Positions 1 through 13,030 of a stretch of DNA of 64,000 nucleotides are shown piece after piece. The DNA lies in NCBI RefSeq assembly GCF_006345805.1, contig NW_021831989.1, positions 372,001 through 436,000 on the forward strand, given 5' to 3'. A program made the position numbers and the translations under genes. Within the stretch, counting starts at the first letter, position 1. Each line of letters opens with the position of its first letter. Under the pieces are notes generated by a model that had not been told where the DNA came from, did not search any database, and saw only the letters and a program-made list of their open reading frames with translations. This stretch comes from Octopus sinensis. Lineage: Eukaryota.

Positions 1-1200
1 GAGGCTGTTAGTAGAGGATAGATTTCGCCATTCCTGTTTTTTCAGTCCCGTACACACGCTCACCTCTCAACCGCAAACTAAGACTTACCGCCTTACCTGC
101 CACCCAGACATTATCTTCTTTAGGACCTCGGGATGTCAGCGAGAAAAAGATTGAATAACAGCGGGCTCAGTATAGAACCCTGAGGGACACATCTTTTGAG
201 ATCCACACTGTCCGATAGTCGGTTTCCGCACAGTACATAAGATTTCCTCTCGTTGAGATAACTCTTTAGCCATTTGAATGTTTTTTCACCTGCACCAGTC
301 TCCAAAACTTTTTCCAGGAGTCCAAGGTGCCAGACGCAGTCAAAAGCCTTAGATAAATCCAAGCACACAGCGGTTATGCAAGATTTATTGAGTATTGCCC
401 AAGAAAGTTCCCTTTTTAGTTCATTCAGGCAGTTTCCTGTGGATTTGCCAGGACGAAAACCCCATTGGACAACGGAAAACAGATTATTTTTTAACATGTA
501 ATGAGAGTCTTTCAAAAATTATTTTTTCCATAATCTTCGAAAAAGTGCAGATCAGGCTTATAGGTCTGTAGTTTTCTGCTAGGAGACTTGTTTTCCAGGG
601 TTTCGGAATCATACGAACGACTGTGCACTTCCAGGTTGGCGGAAGATAACCAAGGGTAAAACTAACGTCGAAAAGCATAGTTAGAGCCCGTAGGAGGATT
701 TTCGGAGCCTTCTTAAGAAGGTACACAGATATGTAGTCGAATCCAGGGGGCTTGTTTTTCAGCTCTGCAATCGCTTCTTGTGTCTCTTTTTCGGTAATAG
801 TCTCGCATAGAGGTCCATTCACAAGATTTAGAGATTCTAGCCTTGAAGTGACTTTCTCAAAGGTCTTTTGTGGAATAATTGATTCAGGTTCGACTTTTTG
901 GGTTTTTCCCAGCTGCCTTCTTAGTTCATCAGGAACAAGATCGGAGGGAATATACTTTTCATCTTGCCTCTTTAATACAATATTGTCGCCTTTTCCTTCC
1001 GTGGTGTTCAGGTGCTGATACGCCTTCCAAAACTTTGGATTTCTCTTATCCAGCATTCGGCATTCCTTCCTCCTTATGTTTCTATTTTCTTCTTGCCATT
1101 TCTACTATCATCATCTTGAGATTGTTGATTTCAATTTTTAGCTGGTTTCTGACCCCCACGTTGGAGCATCTCCTTTTGTGATTTTGAAGGGCTGGATGGC
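1..1200 (-). mobile_element. Degenerate non-LTR retrotransposon (Jockey/I-like RT), frameshifted and internally deleted
   Basis: ORFs 484-1056 and 120-515 carry RT motifs (WKCTVVRMIPKP..NYRPISL..FSKIMEKII; QWGFRPGKST; LDLSKAFDCVWH; QGSILSPLLFNLF). The YADD region is missing. Bases 1-120 match 16150-16290 in reverse complement. Confidence 0.85.
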
Positions 1201-1289
1201 ACAATGAAAAATACTTCAAATTTTTTTAGAAAACGAAACGAATAGTAAAGTTAGAGTCGGAAATACATTTAAGTTTGGGAATAAGAATA

Positions 1290-1445
1290 GGGCTAAGGAC
1301 AGTCTTTGGGATAGGGATAGGAATTAGCGTTAAGTAGAAATTTGATATGGTTAGGGATTAGTTTAGGAAGATTTTTGGTATAGTGTTCGGGATTTATTGG
1401 CCTATGAAATCATTGGTGTTAGGGTTAAGAATAGGATTTGTTTAG
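1290..1445 (+). repeat. Degenerate telomere-like (TTAGGG-related) G/T-rich array
   Basis: Dispersed TAGGG/TTAGGG/TTAGG/ATAGG units, G-rich on the + strand. Confidence 0.5.
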
Positions 1446-1559
1446 GTACCTAGTTTATCTAATTACCGAATAGTTAGACATGTTTTTATTCTTTTTAAAT
1501 ACGAAAAATTATATCATCTTTTTTAATCTTTGAGAGTGTATCTTTATATGAAATCCATC

Positions 1560-1900
1560 ACTGTTAAATATCATGACAAAATGTTTCAATGATTTTCACA
1601 AATGAAGAATATGGGCTTTCAAATTTCTCTAGTATAAGAGATGGATTTGTCCCATAATCAAGCATTGTCATCTGTTCAGTATCATCCATCGAAATGACTA
1701 GTTTCTTGATGTTTGCATCCTTTAGATATATGTGCCCCTGAATAAGCACAAAAGATTCAGCTTTCTAAATTAGCCTTCGTTTGCGTAATCTGTCGTTTAT
1801 CTGTGGAATCTCCCCTTTGAGGATTTTCTTTAATTCGTTATATTCAATCTGATCTTGAACGAAGCATCTTTGGTTTGATTGTGGCATGGTTTCAACAAAT
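1560..1900 (-). pseudogene. Remnant resembling the N-terminal region of a Gypsy-integrase-like (GIN/Ginger) transposase
   Basis: Translation IEYNELKKILKGEIPQINDRLRKRRLI*KAESFVLIQGHIYLKDANIKKLVIS has one stop. Recognised by pattern only. Confidence 0.35.
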
Positions 1901-2042
1901 CGAAAGTAAGTGTGAAACGGGATTAAAAATGTTATGATTCTGGTACGCTGCTTAAATTATATTAAATAGATTTTATATATTATAGATATTGGAATATTAT
2001 CTCAATGGTAATAACGTTATTTTGTATTTCTTATTGCATTTA

Positions 2043-2450
2043 GTAGCTTAAGACTAAGCTATGGATAATGGATTCGGACGGTCGTGAGTTCGATTCCGAA
2101 GGAGGACAGTTTTCATCCTGGGGCTAATTCTCGTTATCGTTCCCCTGCCCGTGAGGCAACGAGTACTTCTGGCACGACACAGTTGGAAATGGGGATCTCT
2201 TACCTTCCGGGCTTAGCGTGGCGTTACGGGGTCCACCATGTCAGTTGGAAATTCCTTCGGATATGGCAACGCTCAGGAGGCACTTAATGCCTACCGAAAA
2301 AGGACTCTTAGCTCCTCAGACCCTGGGACATCGTCGTCTCAGGCCGATCTTGCGGGAAGGATTGAACCTTTCAGAAGGATCTCCCTCGTTTGGATCGGCA
2401 TTCACGGGAATAACTATAATTAACTGGCTTTGCCCGTGTTTGGTCTTCAA
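2043..2450 (+). mobile_element. tRNA-headed SINE, copy A (tail type 1)
   Basis: B-box GAGTTCGATTCC, a ~300-nt core shared with 4990-5340 and 14650-14810, and an A-rich end. Confidence 0.8.
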
Positions 2451-2489
2451 ATAAATTAAAAAAAATAAATAAAAATAAATATATGCGCG

Positions 2490-2680
2490 TCGCACTCGCG
2501 ACATAATATCATCAACGTAGGAGAGTAAGATGTCGTCCTGGTGAGTAGAGATTAGAATATCGCTCATATAAAGGTTGACAGAATTGGAGACAGTGATGAT
2601 CCTTGAGGCACACCGTCTGGTAGCTGTTTAAACAGTGTTTATTCGCCATGATATACAAGCCCTCGACGTTTACACAATCA
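2490..2680 (-). mobile_element. Short LINE reverse-transcriptase fragment
   Basis: GVPQGSSLSPILS, then (frameshifted) MSDILISTHQDDILLSYVDDIM. Confidence 0.65.
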
Positions 2681-2916
2681 ATTTGCTATTGAGGTTCAAT
2701 TGGATATTTGAGGTAAAAATCTTGCGGATAAGGGTCTTTCTGGAGACTGAATTGAACGCTTTTTGTATGTCTACTGAGCAAAGGGTTGTTTTTTTGGATA
2801 GATTTGGTTTTAAAGCCTTCAAATACCCAACCGAACTTCAAAATATGGCTAGCAAATTGAAGTTCAAGTACAAAAATCCATTAAAAATAAAATCATTTAT
2901 TTAATATAAAATGTAC

Positions 2917-4422
2917 TTATCGTTTTATAAAGATTATCTTTAACAGTAACTATAATTTTGTACAAAGTTGTATTTTTTCATTTGGAAATATTTTATGAAC
3001 AATATTCATAGATAGTTTGTGGAAAAAATTAAAATTTTTATTTGCGCATCGATTCAAACTGTTTGAAAATGATTGGATCAATAATTGATTGTCATTAGAT
3101 ATATGGTTTTCTAACTACAAAATTGAAACAAAAATACCGTGTTTTTTAATTCCAAAAAATATTTATTTTTAATAATATAATCCTTTTCTTTATAAACTTT
3201 TTTGATTTCATTGTTTTTTAGTAAAACAATTTTTTCAATTTTATTATTTGAATCGTTTTCCAAATTTTCAAAAATATTTTTTTCAATTTGTTTATTGATT
3301 GTATTATCCTTTTCAAAAATTATATTTTTAGGTTCTTTGTCGTTTTCGTTTAAAATGTTATTTTTTTGTGCCGAAAAGTCGAATTTGAATAATGAAGCTT
3401 TTTCTCCTGCCTGAGTCATTTCCAAATTGTCGTTGTCTTGAAAATCATTTCTTCGTTACATTTAAATTGAAATACATTTTTTTATTTTTTTGTGACATAA
3501 ATTGTTCGATAAGTTGAACGATTGCAGATTTTTTTTTACTTTTTTTCAAAAAACAATGCCGAAGTAAATTTGAAGCCGTCGGTCTCTACAAAATTATCAT
3601 CAACATGACATCATTTGGATTTCTGTTCAAACAGAGGTCTACAAACTGCTGAATTTGAGCCGAAAAACGTTCAGTAGGCAATTTTGGCGGATGGCTGACC
3701 GTGATAAGAAACAAGGCTTTCATAACGGGAATATCAGAAAAAGGTGGTTTGCCCAACGCCATCTCAATGCACATAATTCCTAAACTCCATATATCAACCT
3801 AGATTTATTAGATCACACTACTTTATAGCCATATTCTGATTCTTTAATGATTTCTGGGGCCATCCAAAGCGGAGTTCCCACGAATGTGTTAAATTTATTT
3901 CGAGTGTTATTAAAAGATCTACTAAATCCAAAATCTGTTAATTTAATTTCTGCATTCGATGATACAAGAATATTTGCAGCTTAAAAGTACAAATTAAAAT
4001 GATTAAAACATTTGATATCTCGATGAACCCACCCACAATTGTGAAGATACTCCAAACCGCATGCAATTTCCTTACAAAAAACGCAAATTTCATATTCCTT
4101 GAATGTCCTCATTTTTATAAGTTGAGAAAGAGTGCCGACTTGCATATATTCCATAACAATCCACAATTTCGAGTTCTTGAGGTTACAGCTAATTACTCAC
4201 CCTGAGAATAGATTCGTGATATGAAATTATATTTGGACATTTACATTCCAGCAATGCATTTATTTCTCCTTGAATGCATTCGATTTTTGTTTCGGCAAAA
4301 TTCAGGTCGACAATTTTAATTGCTACATTCTTTTTTGAATTTATATCGACAGCTCGATAGACAGTGGCGTAGGCACCTTTTCCTAATAATTCTTCTAACT
4401 GATATTTTTTTTGAGGATTCAT
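2917..4422 (-). CDS. STE20/GCKIII-type Ser/Thr kinase (STK24/25/26-like), multi-exon; 3' end approximate
   Basis: Spliced reading gives LGKGAYATVY, VAIKIVDL, LWIVMEYM, HRDIKSANIL, DFGFS...NTFVGTPLWMAPE, DIWSLGI and GKPPFSDIPVMKALFLI. Introns are 23-30 nt GT-AG. Confidence 0.9.
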
Positions 4423-4835
4423 AATACGAAAATGAGATTTTTTGCGGCAAAATCTTAAAAAATAATTTCTTAACGAAATAAAAATTCCTTTTAAATGTCA
4501 AAATTATAAATCAAAATTTAAAATGGCAAAACAATAATTAAATTTAACTAGTGCGGTTAACCCCAAATCGATTTTTTAAAATACCCAATTTATATTAACT
4601 TTAAAAAAACATAAAAACTCATATTTTATCCAACAACAAATATTTTATAATGAAAAAACGGGGTATTTTTTTAGAAAAGAAAATAAATTTTAACACAATT
4701 TAAGTTATTAAATTAATATTTTTAGTAATTTGAGTAATAATAAATAACAAAAAGCAACCCTATTGCATCTCAATAATATTAGTTAGATATCTTAGAAAAA
4801 TTTAATTTCAAAAAACTAATATTTAATCCTTTATT

Positions 4836-5420
4836 AATAAAAAAACTAATCAACTAAGTAATTTTCTCACTAAGTCCATACCCTTCAAAGTGAGCAGAGG
4901 ATAGCATTCCACGCACCTCCATCTCTTCTTCATTCTCTTCTCTGGCATTGTAGACCTCCGAGAAAGTGCAGTCCAGCGCCTCTCGCTGACTAAATGTATG
5001 CGAAGGAGATCATTTTGCAAGCGAAGGAGATCCTTCTGAAAGGTTCGAGCCTCCTCACAATAATCGGACTGAGACGAAAATGTCCCAAGGTCAGAGTTCT
5101 AGAAGTCCTTTTTCGGTAGCTCCTGAGCGTTTCCATATCCGATTGGAAGTTCCAACTGACATGGTGGACCCATAACACCACGCTAAGACCGGAAGGAAGG
5201 TAAGAGATCCCCATTTTTCAACTGTGTCGTGTCAGAAGTACTCGTTGCCTTGCGGGCAAGGGAACGATAACGAAAATTGACCCCAGCTGAAAAATTAGCC
5301 TTCTTCGGATTCGAACTCACGACTCTCCAGATCCTGATCTAAACCTTCAGTCAAAGGAGCTTTAAAATTACCGATGGAACACAAGTCCTCATCTCCAAAA
5401 CTCAAGCTACTTTTTTAGCT
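4836..5420 (-). mobile_element. tRNA-headed SINE, copy B, ending in the 3' tail of the R4-like LINE
   Basis: B-box GAGTTCGAATCC and the same core as copy A. Bases 4836-4995 align with 36125-36294. Confidence 0.85.
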
Positions 5421-6904
5421 GTAAATTCAGAAAACTAATAACAAGAATGTGAAAAGTATTCAAAATATGAAATTAATGTCATTTTTTGTAAATTATAAAA
5501 TTATCAATTTATTTTTCATCCGCAACTTTGGTTTTTCAGGTCCTAAGAGAATGACGGCCAGCAAATACGCAGTCCTTGATTCTTCGTTCAAAAAAAACCA
5601 AAAAAAAATACATAACTGTATGGAATATTCTTCTAATGAAATGCGATCTCTTCAACGTTCCAATAAAAAAATTTGAAAAAAACAATTTTTTGATTTTATT
5701 TTGAGCCCTCATTATGGATGGACAATCTTCCCAGTATTAGTTTTCAAGCATCTTACTCCGTGTATTTTAAAATATATTCCTTGAAATTATTTTGAGTGAG
5801 AGACTTACATTTTTAATTATCAACAGCTTTCATTGGCGGAGATCAGCACTTTTTAACCAAATCAAAATTTCTCTTCTTTTTACAAATTTTGCCCAAGATA
5901 TTTAAAACTTGTACACCTGTGACCGATTCCAAGACGATGCAGAAAAAAATATCACATGTCTTTGATATAATTAACATTTTTAACATAAAAGATGGACAAG
6001 TCAATAATCCGAATGTCCCCAGTTATTCTTTGTGGTCAATGTGCTTCATTATGGATTCTTTACATTCATCAACGAACTCGAACACGGTTGTAAGTGATTT
6101 TAATGTATCCAAATATTTCATAAATACTCTTAAATGTTTTACTTCATCCAAAGACCAAGAGATTTGTTTCCTTTGTGATTGTTTTAGGTTTCGTAATCGT
6201 ATGTTAAATCGTATTTTTTTAATTCGTGTTTGCAGGTCAAAAACGTTAACTGCAAAAAACTAGAAAAGACATTCTTTATTTTGCAGTACTTTAATTTATC
6301 ACAATATATTAACAAAGATGAAAAGTAATCCGAAATCCGTAGGGAAAGTCGATTTGAATTTTTCGGATTAACGAGGGTTGATTTCATTTGTTCAAAAAAT
6401 ATCTTGCTTTGATTAAAAGTCCAATAATTTCATTTTTTAACTACTTTCATTTCTTACCTATTTTTTAATTGTTGTCATGACAAAGCAAAATTTTTTGTTG
6501 GCGAATGACCAAATTGACTATTTCTTTCGTCTACTCTCTCATTTGTAAATATCCGAAAGGATAATTCCACTCTAATTAGACTGATTTGGATTTTTTCGCT
6601 GTCAGGATGCTGGCCTGTCACGCAAATTAGGAAATAAAAGTCATAAACAAAACAACAAATTAGTAATTATCAAATTCTGCCAATTTGTTCTCTCGTCTCA
6701 TCCACGAATGGATTAAAGTCAGAAGTAAGAAGTAAACTCATTCTTAATATTAAAGTTTTCTTATTTCCTCTAGCGTCTTGCGCTTGATCTTATTGGCAAT
6801 GTAGTTATAGTACGTCTTCAGGATAGACTGAATATCCAAGTAATACAAAAATTCAGCCACACAAAATACAAAAATTAGTCGAAACAGCGTCGATTTGCCT
6901 ACTT

Positions 6905-6963
6905 TAAGATTACCGATGGAACACAAGTCCTCATCTCCAAGACCAAAGCTACATTTTTTAGCT
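6905..6963 (-). mobile_element. Fragment of the SINE 5' head
   Basis: Near-identical to 5365-5420 (attaccgatggaacacaagtcctcatctccaa...aagctac). Confidence 0.7.
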
Positions 6964-7729
6964 CAAACCAAATTATGACTCTTTCAACTAGTTTTAATTT
7001 TTTTAAGTATTTCAGAAAACATTTGATTATTTTATTTGTATTAATAACATCCGTCTAGTGACTAGACTCAAGTCCATGTGTTGACACAAAATGAACAAAA
7101 TTCAAAAAACTTAATAAAAATCATTTTATTAATGAAATTAATTTTTTCTCATCCAAAAAAAGTTTTTATTTCTAATAAAAATAAGTATTAAGCCCATCAT
7201 AGCGCATTTTGCGATTTTTCTGTACCAAAGCCTACAAAATTACATCAAACAAATCTAACCACATATAGGCCAGATTTAAAGCTAGATTGTCGTTTGCAAA
7301 TTTTCTATAAAGAGAATTATCAGTAAAATTGGCCTGATGCTTAAACTTGTGGATAATACTGATATAACAAACTTTGGAAGCTTTCTTGTTCTGAATTGTC
7401 CAAAATGTGTGGTTGAGGATGTAAATATCATTCTTTAGTTTAAGTACATTGTTATTCAAAGAATTATTTATTACATTTTTGTGACATATGACATTGCAAA
7501 TATTGGAATTTTTATCAAGAAATCGGTTTTTTAACTTCTAGGTTGTTTTGTTAAAGAAAATATAGGAGTACCACATAAGACAAAAACCTAACAGACATTA
7601 ATAATAATTTATTATAAAAAAATTAAAAATATATTTAATATATATAAAAAATATTTTAATAATATAAGAATATAAAATTTGATAAAAAATGACATATTAG
7701 TTCCACAAAAAACAAAATCAATGTAAACA

Positions 7730-8074
7730 TTAGTCATCCTCGTCAAAATAGGCCGAATCTGACGAATCTGGACTATCCTTAGACATGATAATTCTCATTA
7801 AAACATCTGATTTTTTATACTTGTAGTAGGAATATGAAGCTAGGAATGTTTTATTGACAGTACCATTGGCAAAAATAAAGGATATTAATCCAAAAAATAA
7901 AAGAAGGCTCCGATTTTTACGAATCTGATTAAATCGGGCTTTCTTTTTATTTTGATTTTCAATGTTTTTTTTGAACACCTGCAGATCGTCCATTTCAAAG
8001 AGTTGAGCCCATCGTTGGGATGGACTGCTAAACCGCATAGGAAAGAAATATATTTTTGATAGATTTTTTAACAT
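7730..8074 (-). CDS. Small single-pass mitochondrial protein, COA3/CCDC56-like
   Basis: Basic presequence-like N-terminus, then IENQNKKKARFNQIRKNRSLLLFFGLISFIFANASYSYY after removing a 24-nt GT-AG intron. Resembles the COA3 pattern. Confidence 0.5.
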   Translation of the reverse strand: MLKNLSKIYFFPMRFSSPSQRWAQLFEMDDLQVFKKNIENQNKKKARFNQIRKNRSLLLFFGLISFIFANGTVNKTFLASYSYYKYKKSDVLMRIIMSKDSPDSSDSAYFDEDD

Positions 8075-8199
8075 TTATGAAATAAGCACAACAACAAGAA
8101 CGCACAATTTAAATGTAACATTTAGATATGATTTTTTAATCAAAATAAATTATTAGATAACATAGTATTTATTTCTTTAAATTTCTAGATTCCTACATG

Positions 8200-11100
8200 G
8201 CCATTTTCTGAGGTCGTGGGGGAGACTCGGTCTTTTTAATTCCCCTGGCATGCTTTAACCCGTCTGGCTCTCTTTATTCAGCACAAGCAAGTATTTATTC
8301 AACTATACATTTCAAAAGCTTGTTGGCAGAGCAATCCTGCCTACGTTGATTACACAATTACAACCAGCCCAAATTGGGGTCGGTTCACCGGGGGGTTGTG
8401 AGGCGGCAGTCCATGCTGTCCGAACATTCACCGAAAAGAACGAGGACACTCTTTTTGTAATCGTCTAAATCGACATTAAAAACGCCTTCAACTCGATACG
8501 ACGTGATACAATTCTGGAGGATTGCCTCACACATTACCCATCAGTGTACAGCTATATTCATAGCTCTTATGGAAAACCATCTGGTGCACGGCCAATATCA
8601 CATCCCATCGTTTTCTGGTGTCCAACAAGGAGACCCATTGAGCCCTGCCTTGTTTAGCCTGGGAATTGCCCGTGTCACCAAATATTGTTCGACTCCTCTG
8701 AGGGTATGGTATTTGGATGATTGCACAATGGGCGGCCAGCCAAAGGATGTGCTAGATTGCCTAAAAAATCTGATAGCCCAATTGGAATCCCTATGCCTGA
8801 ACACCAATAAGTGCGAAGTTATCAATTTTTGATTCCCGCAGCCTAAATGGGACCTGATTCTTGAAACATTCAGAGAGATCATCCCTAAAGCCACGGAAAC
8901 CAAACCAGAACAACTAGAAATACTTGGATGTTCACTCACTGATGCAGGAATCAGTAACACTTTAATAACAAAAGAACATCAACTAAAAACAACTTTCAGA
9001 CGTTTGGAGTTGCCAGACGCACATACAGTAAAACCTCTCGAATCCGCCGATTTTGGGACCGACCAAAAAATCGGCGGATTCGAGAAATCGGCGGATTCGA
9101 GAGGCAATTTAAATAATATTTTATAGTTGAAATATGAACTTACAATATAGATTAAGTATTTCTTTTTATATACAAATGACTGAATACATAAAATTATTTA
9201 TATTCAAAAAAATCAGAAATTTTATTTTTTTAATTGATTTTCTTAACATTTCCCCAATTCGCATAATATTTCATGATCATCTATATCTGCATTTACCTGA
9301 GAAGCATAAGTTTTAATAATCTCTAGAGCTCTGAAGGCTTCTGAGAGATCAACTTTTTTCTCATTTGATTCCTCTTCAATAATTGTTTCCTAAGTATAAT
9401 TATTAAATAAAATCACTAACTGATTGAACTTTTTTTGACTGTAATGTACCAGCTTGTTCAGATTTGTCTAAAAATTTGATTAGCTCTTCATTTTCAGTAT
9501 ATCCGTAATCAACAAATTCACTATAAGACCTTTTCGATTATATCATTTATTGCTCCACTAGATTAAGTTAAAATTGCTCCACTAGATTCCATTAAGTTAT
9601 CCATGTTATCATCGCTACATCAATTTCATTAAATTTGAGTTTTGGAATTCTCGTATGTTTAATTTTTTGATGTCAGTTCTATTCAAAAGGTCCGATTTTG
9701 ATTTAAGGTCGTTTATAGTTCTAGGAGAAATTTTCTTTTTTAACCGTGAAGAAAAAATCCTGGAAATTTGAGATGCAGAAACGAATGGGTTGTCAGAAAT
9801 ATAACGTAGTATAGAAATTTTTTCGTTTATAGAAAGTCTAACACAGCGACGCATCAGAAAAATACAATTTAACGTGTAATGAGAATTTTAAAATGTTAAT
9901 TAATTTAACTTACAATTAGATAAAAAAATTATTTTTCATAATACTTGAGAAGCGGATTCGAGAAACAAGCGGATTCAAGAATCATTCATAGGAAATTTCA
10001 AATTTTTGATTAAAACAAGCGGATTCGAGAAGCGGCGGATTCGAGAAGCAGCGGATTCGAGAGGTTTCACTGTACCTCCCTATTCCTGCTAAAAAACGCC
10101 TTGTCAGCACAGAAACTAAATTACGTTCTTCGGGGTGCACCCTGCTACCTGAAAACGCAACAGCTCGACAATATCGATTGTCTCTTTCGGACCACAATTG
10201 AACGCATTACGAATGTGAAATTCGACGACCAAGGATGGGACCAAGCGACCCTACCCGTTTACCTGGGCGGACTGGGAATCACTTCTCCGAATGATCTGGC
10301 TTGCCCCGCATATCTATCCTCTTTGGACTCTAGCCAACTGCTGATCAGGATGATTCTCCAACTCCAAACTAAATCATCTGAAATCACAGACATGGAGCAT
10401 TTGAGAGGGATGATGCCTGAGCAGAAAAATCGTTACAAGACCATCTGCGAGGATAAATACGAGAGGCTTCTGAACCAATCAAGCCAACACAGACGTGCCT
10501 GTCTAGTGACTGGAAGATGCGAATCGAGTGGAGCTTGGATCAATGCACTTCCCGTTGATAGTGTCGGAACCCACCTTGACGACGATACTGTCCGCATCAG
10601 CACCAGACTTGGACTGGAGATTTGCCAGACTCACAAATGCCGGTGTGGGGCCACCGTCGATTGTTATGGACACCATGCTCTCTCTTGGCGAAGAAGTGCA
10701 GGACGATTTCCAAGACACAAGGCGATCAACGAAATTGTCAAGCGAGCCCTGGAGTCTGCAGAATACCCAGCTGTACTGGAACCGGTCGGGCTTGACCGAG
10801 GAGATGGAAAACGTCCTGATGGGATCACAATTTTCCCATTTAAAGAGGGGAAACCCCTAGTCTGGGACGCAATCTGTGTGGACACTCTCTGCCCGTCCAA
10901 CATTGCCGGGAGCGCAGTGGACAGACTGTATGCCGCGGAAAAAACAATGAGGGCAAAGGAGAGAAAATATGAAGCGCTGCGAGATCGATTCGTGTTCTGT
11001 CCGATTGTGGTCGAGACAACTGGAGGAATAAATGGGAAATCGCTTCGCTTCCTAAAGAAGCTTGGACGCTTAGCCACATTAAAAAGCCACGACACACGTG

Positions 11101-11240
11101 AGACCCGGTGGCTTCTCCAGTTGATCTCCGTTGCTATCGTGAGAGGCAACGGAACGTCAATTATGTTGGCGGGGTCCACTTCGGATAGATGGCTTTGTTA
11201 ACTTCTAGTAAATAACAGTTTCTTATTTGTATAATTAGTT
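8200..11240 (+). mobile_element. CRE-like non-LTR retrotransposon (RT plus restriction-like endonuclease), 5'-truncated, degenerate, interrupted by a pogo element
   Basis: DIKNAFNSIRRD, GVQQGDPLSPALF and WYLDDCT RT motifs. C-terminal CRCG...GHHALS..R..GRFPRH, DGKRPDG and LVWDA.CVDT motifs are typical of RLE-type CRE elements. Confidence 0.85.
9026..10072 (-). mobile_element. pogo/Tigger-like non-autonomous DNA transposon
   Basis: TIRs CAGTAAAACCTCTCGAATCCGC / CAGTGAAACCTCTCGAATCCGC, TA duplication at 9024-25 and 10073-74, subterminal GCGGATTCGAGA repeats, and an HTH-like ORF at 9615-9854. Confidence 0.9.
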
Positions 11241-11818
11241 AAATATACAGTGGGCCCAAAAAGTCATGGCATCACTTAATAAATTTTAGTATTTTACGTT
11301 TTTACTCATAAAATATGAAGTATTTTGACTTTTAATTATTTTTTTGCAAAATTAAAAAGATTATGATTTAGAAACTAGTTTTAAATCTTTAAAATTAGCG
11401 ATAATTGACAAAGAAAAAACATTTTTTTGTGTACATTTTTGTGGTATATCCCACATACCGTATATGGCATTATTATTTATTAACCCCCAAATTTGCTTAG
11501 CAAACACAGCACAAACAGTCACAGCTAACTAATCGAATGAAGAAACCAAGGAAAAAGGAACTGTCAGTGCCGATCAGCATTAGCCTCCGTCGCTGACCTC
11601 ACATCATTTGTTTTCGGAAGGGTTTCACGTTTCAGATAGCTTTCATGGTTTGATTTTTTGCTAATTTGTTTAATAAAAGTTTACCTGTAAAATAAAAAAT
11701 ATATTTTAGAATTTATTATTATATCAAATCATTTTATAATATGTTATAAAAGTTTGAATTAACGAAAAATTTTGTGTATATAAATATAGGCTTAACGCCG
11801 TAAATACGATTAAAAGAA

Positions 11819-12614
11819 ATGTCTCTTTCTTGGTCTCATTACATACTTTCATATTTTATAATATTAGTATATAATATATAATACAAACTAGACATCGGGT
11901 GTTTTTATTCTTATTCAATGGATAAAATATCTTTATTTCTTCCATAGATCTGCCAATTCATTCCTGATGGATAAACCCTTCATCATTATTTTTTTCGTAA
12001 TGATTGCAGTTGGATTAGTGTTTGTGTTAACGACTGTCCTTGGAATTATGTACCACTCATGTTCCCGAGCTTTGTTTTATCCAGTTCTCATTTTCGTATT
12101 AAAAAATATTTAGTATATTTCGTTTCTTAGCTGTTCTCTCTGCATTACAATCATCTGCTCTTTGGTCCAAACGATGTATAAAACTATCATTTCAGACAAA
12201 ATATTTAAAATAATCCATTCAGAAATTGATTTGTATCATTCTGGAGGATCCTATAAATACTCGATTGACTTTGTGCAAGGCATAGTAAGTATTATATATC
12301 ATTATAGTTGCAATGTTGTGGAGCCACGAATTTTTCTGATTGGAATAACAACTCAATTCCAAATTCATGCTGTTTGGGACATTTAAAGTGTCACTTTGAA
12401 TCTAAACTTTTATTCAGAAAAGTGATTTATTGGAAATATTATTATTATAGGGATGTTATATTGTTATCAAGGAATATATTGCAGACAATTTAACACTTTT
12501 TATTGTCCTGAATGCTTGTCTTTTGATATTTATTGTAAGATTCTGACTGATTTTTGATAGGGTTTGTTGCTTGTTAGAGAACTGATCGGATCAAAGTACA
12601 GGAGTTCAGCTTAA
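11819..12614 (+). CDS. Tetraspanin
   Basis: Spliced reading gives hydrophobic TM segments and a large loop LQCCGATNFSDW..PNSCC..C....GC, followed by a final TM segment. The start codon is tentative. Confidence 0.85.
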
Positions 12615-13030
12615 ATTTTAACTTTTTTAAATTATAAAAAAATAAATTGTATCACGAGTTTTCTTATTGTGGCTATAGGTTTTATGTTCAGAACATTAAA
12701 TTTTATTTTTACTAATCAAATATCAATAATATTAATAATCTATATTTTATGATGAAATTATTGCGCAGTCAATATAATACACTAATCATTATTATTACTT
12801 GTAAATTAAATTTCTATTTTTTCTGATTGAAATATCTCTTTTGATGATATCCAAAATGTGAATTAAAATTTTCTTTATTGTTAAAAAATTTAATTAGTCA
12901 CATAAATCATTGTTAATATTATTCAATAAATTTTGTTAATTAGCCACGTCCTATTATTTTTTAATTAATTTTTTGATGAAACCTGCTGAAATCGAATGAT
13001 TTTTTGGAAAATGTGTTTTGAAATATAGTT

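Noticed and set aside
5290-5420. Possible tRNA gene
   Set aside because: It has a B-box but no complete cloverleaf that I can fold, and it is fused to the SINE core. Treated as a SINE head.
5430-6800. Several 60-125-aa ORFs in AT-rich DNA (also 25900-26530 and 53212-53412)
   Set aside because: No recognisable motifs and stops in all frames. They may be decayed transposon or unannotated exon sequence but cannot be supported.
9953-10065. Short repeats (GCGGATTCGAGA) with small spacers suggesting a CRISPR-like array
   Set aside because: They are subterminal repeats of the pogo element with 2-8-nt spacers, in a eukaryotic context with no cas genes.
11247-11275. CAGTGGGCCCAAAAAGTCATGGCA after TA, a Tc1-like terminal repeat
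   Set aside because: No partner end or transposase found nearby. At most a solo remnant.
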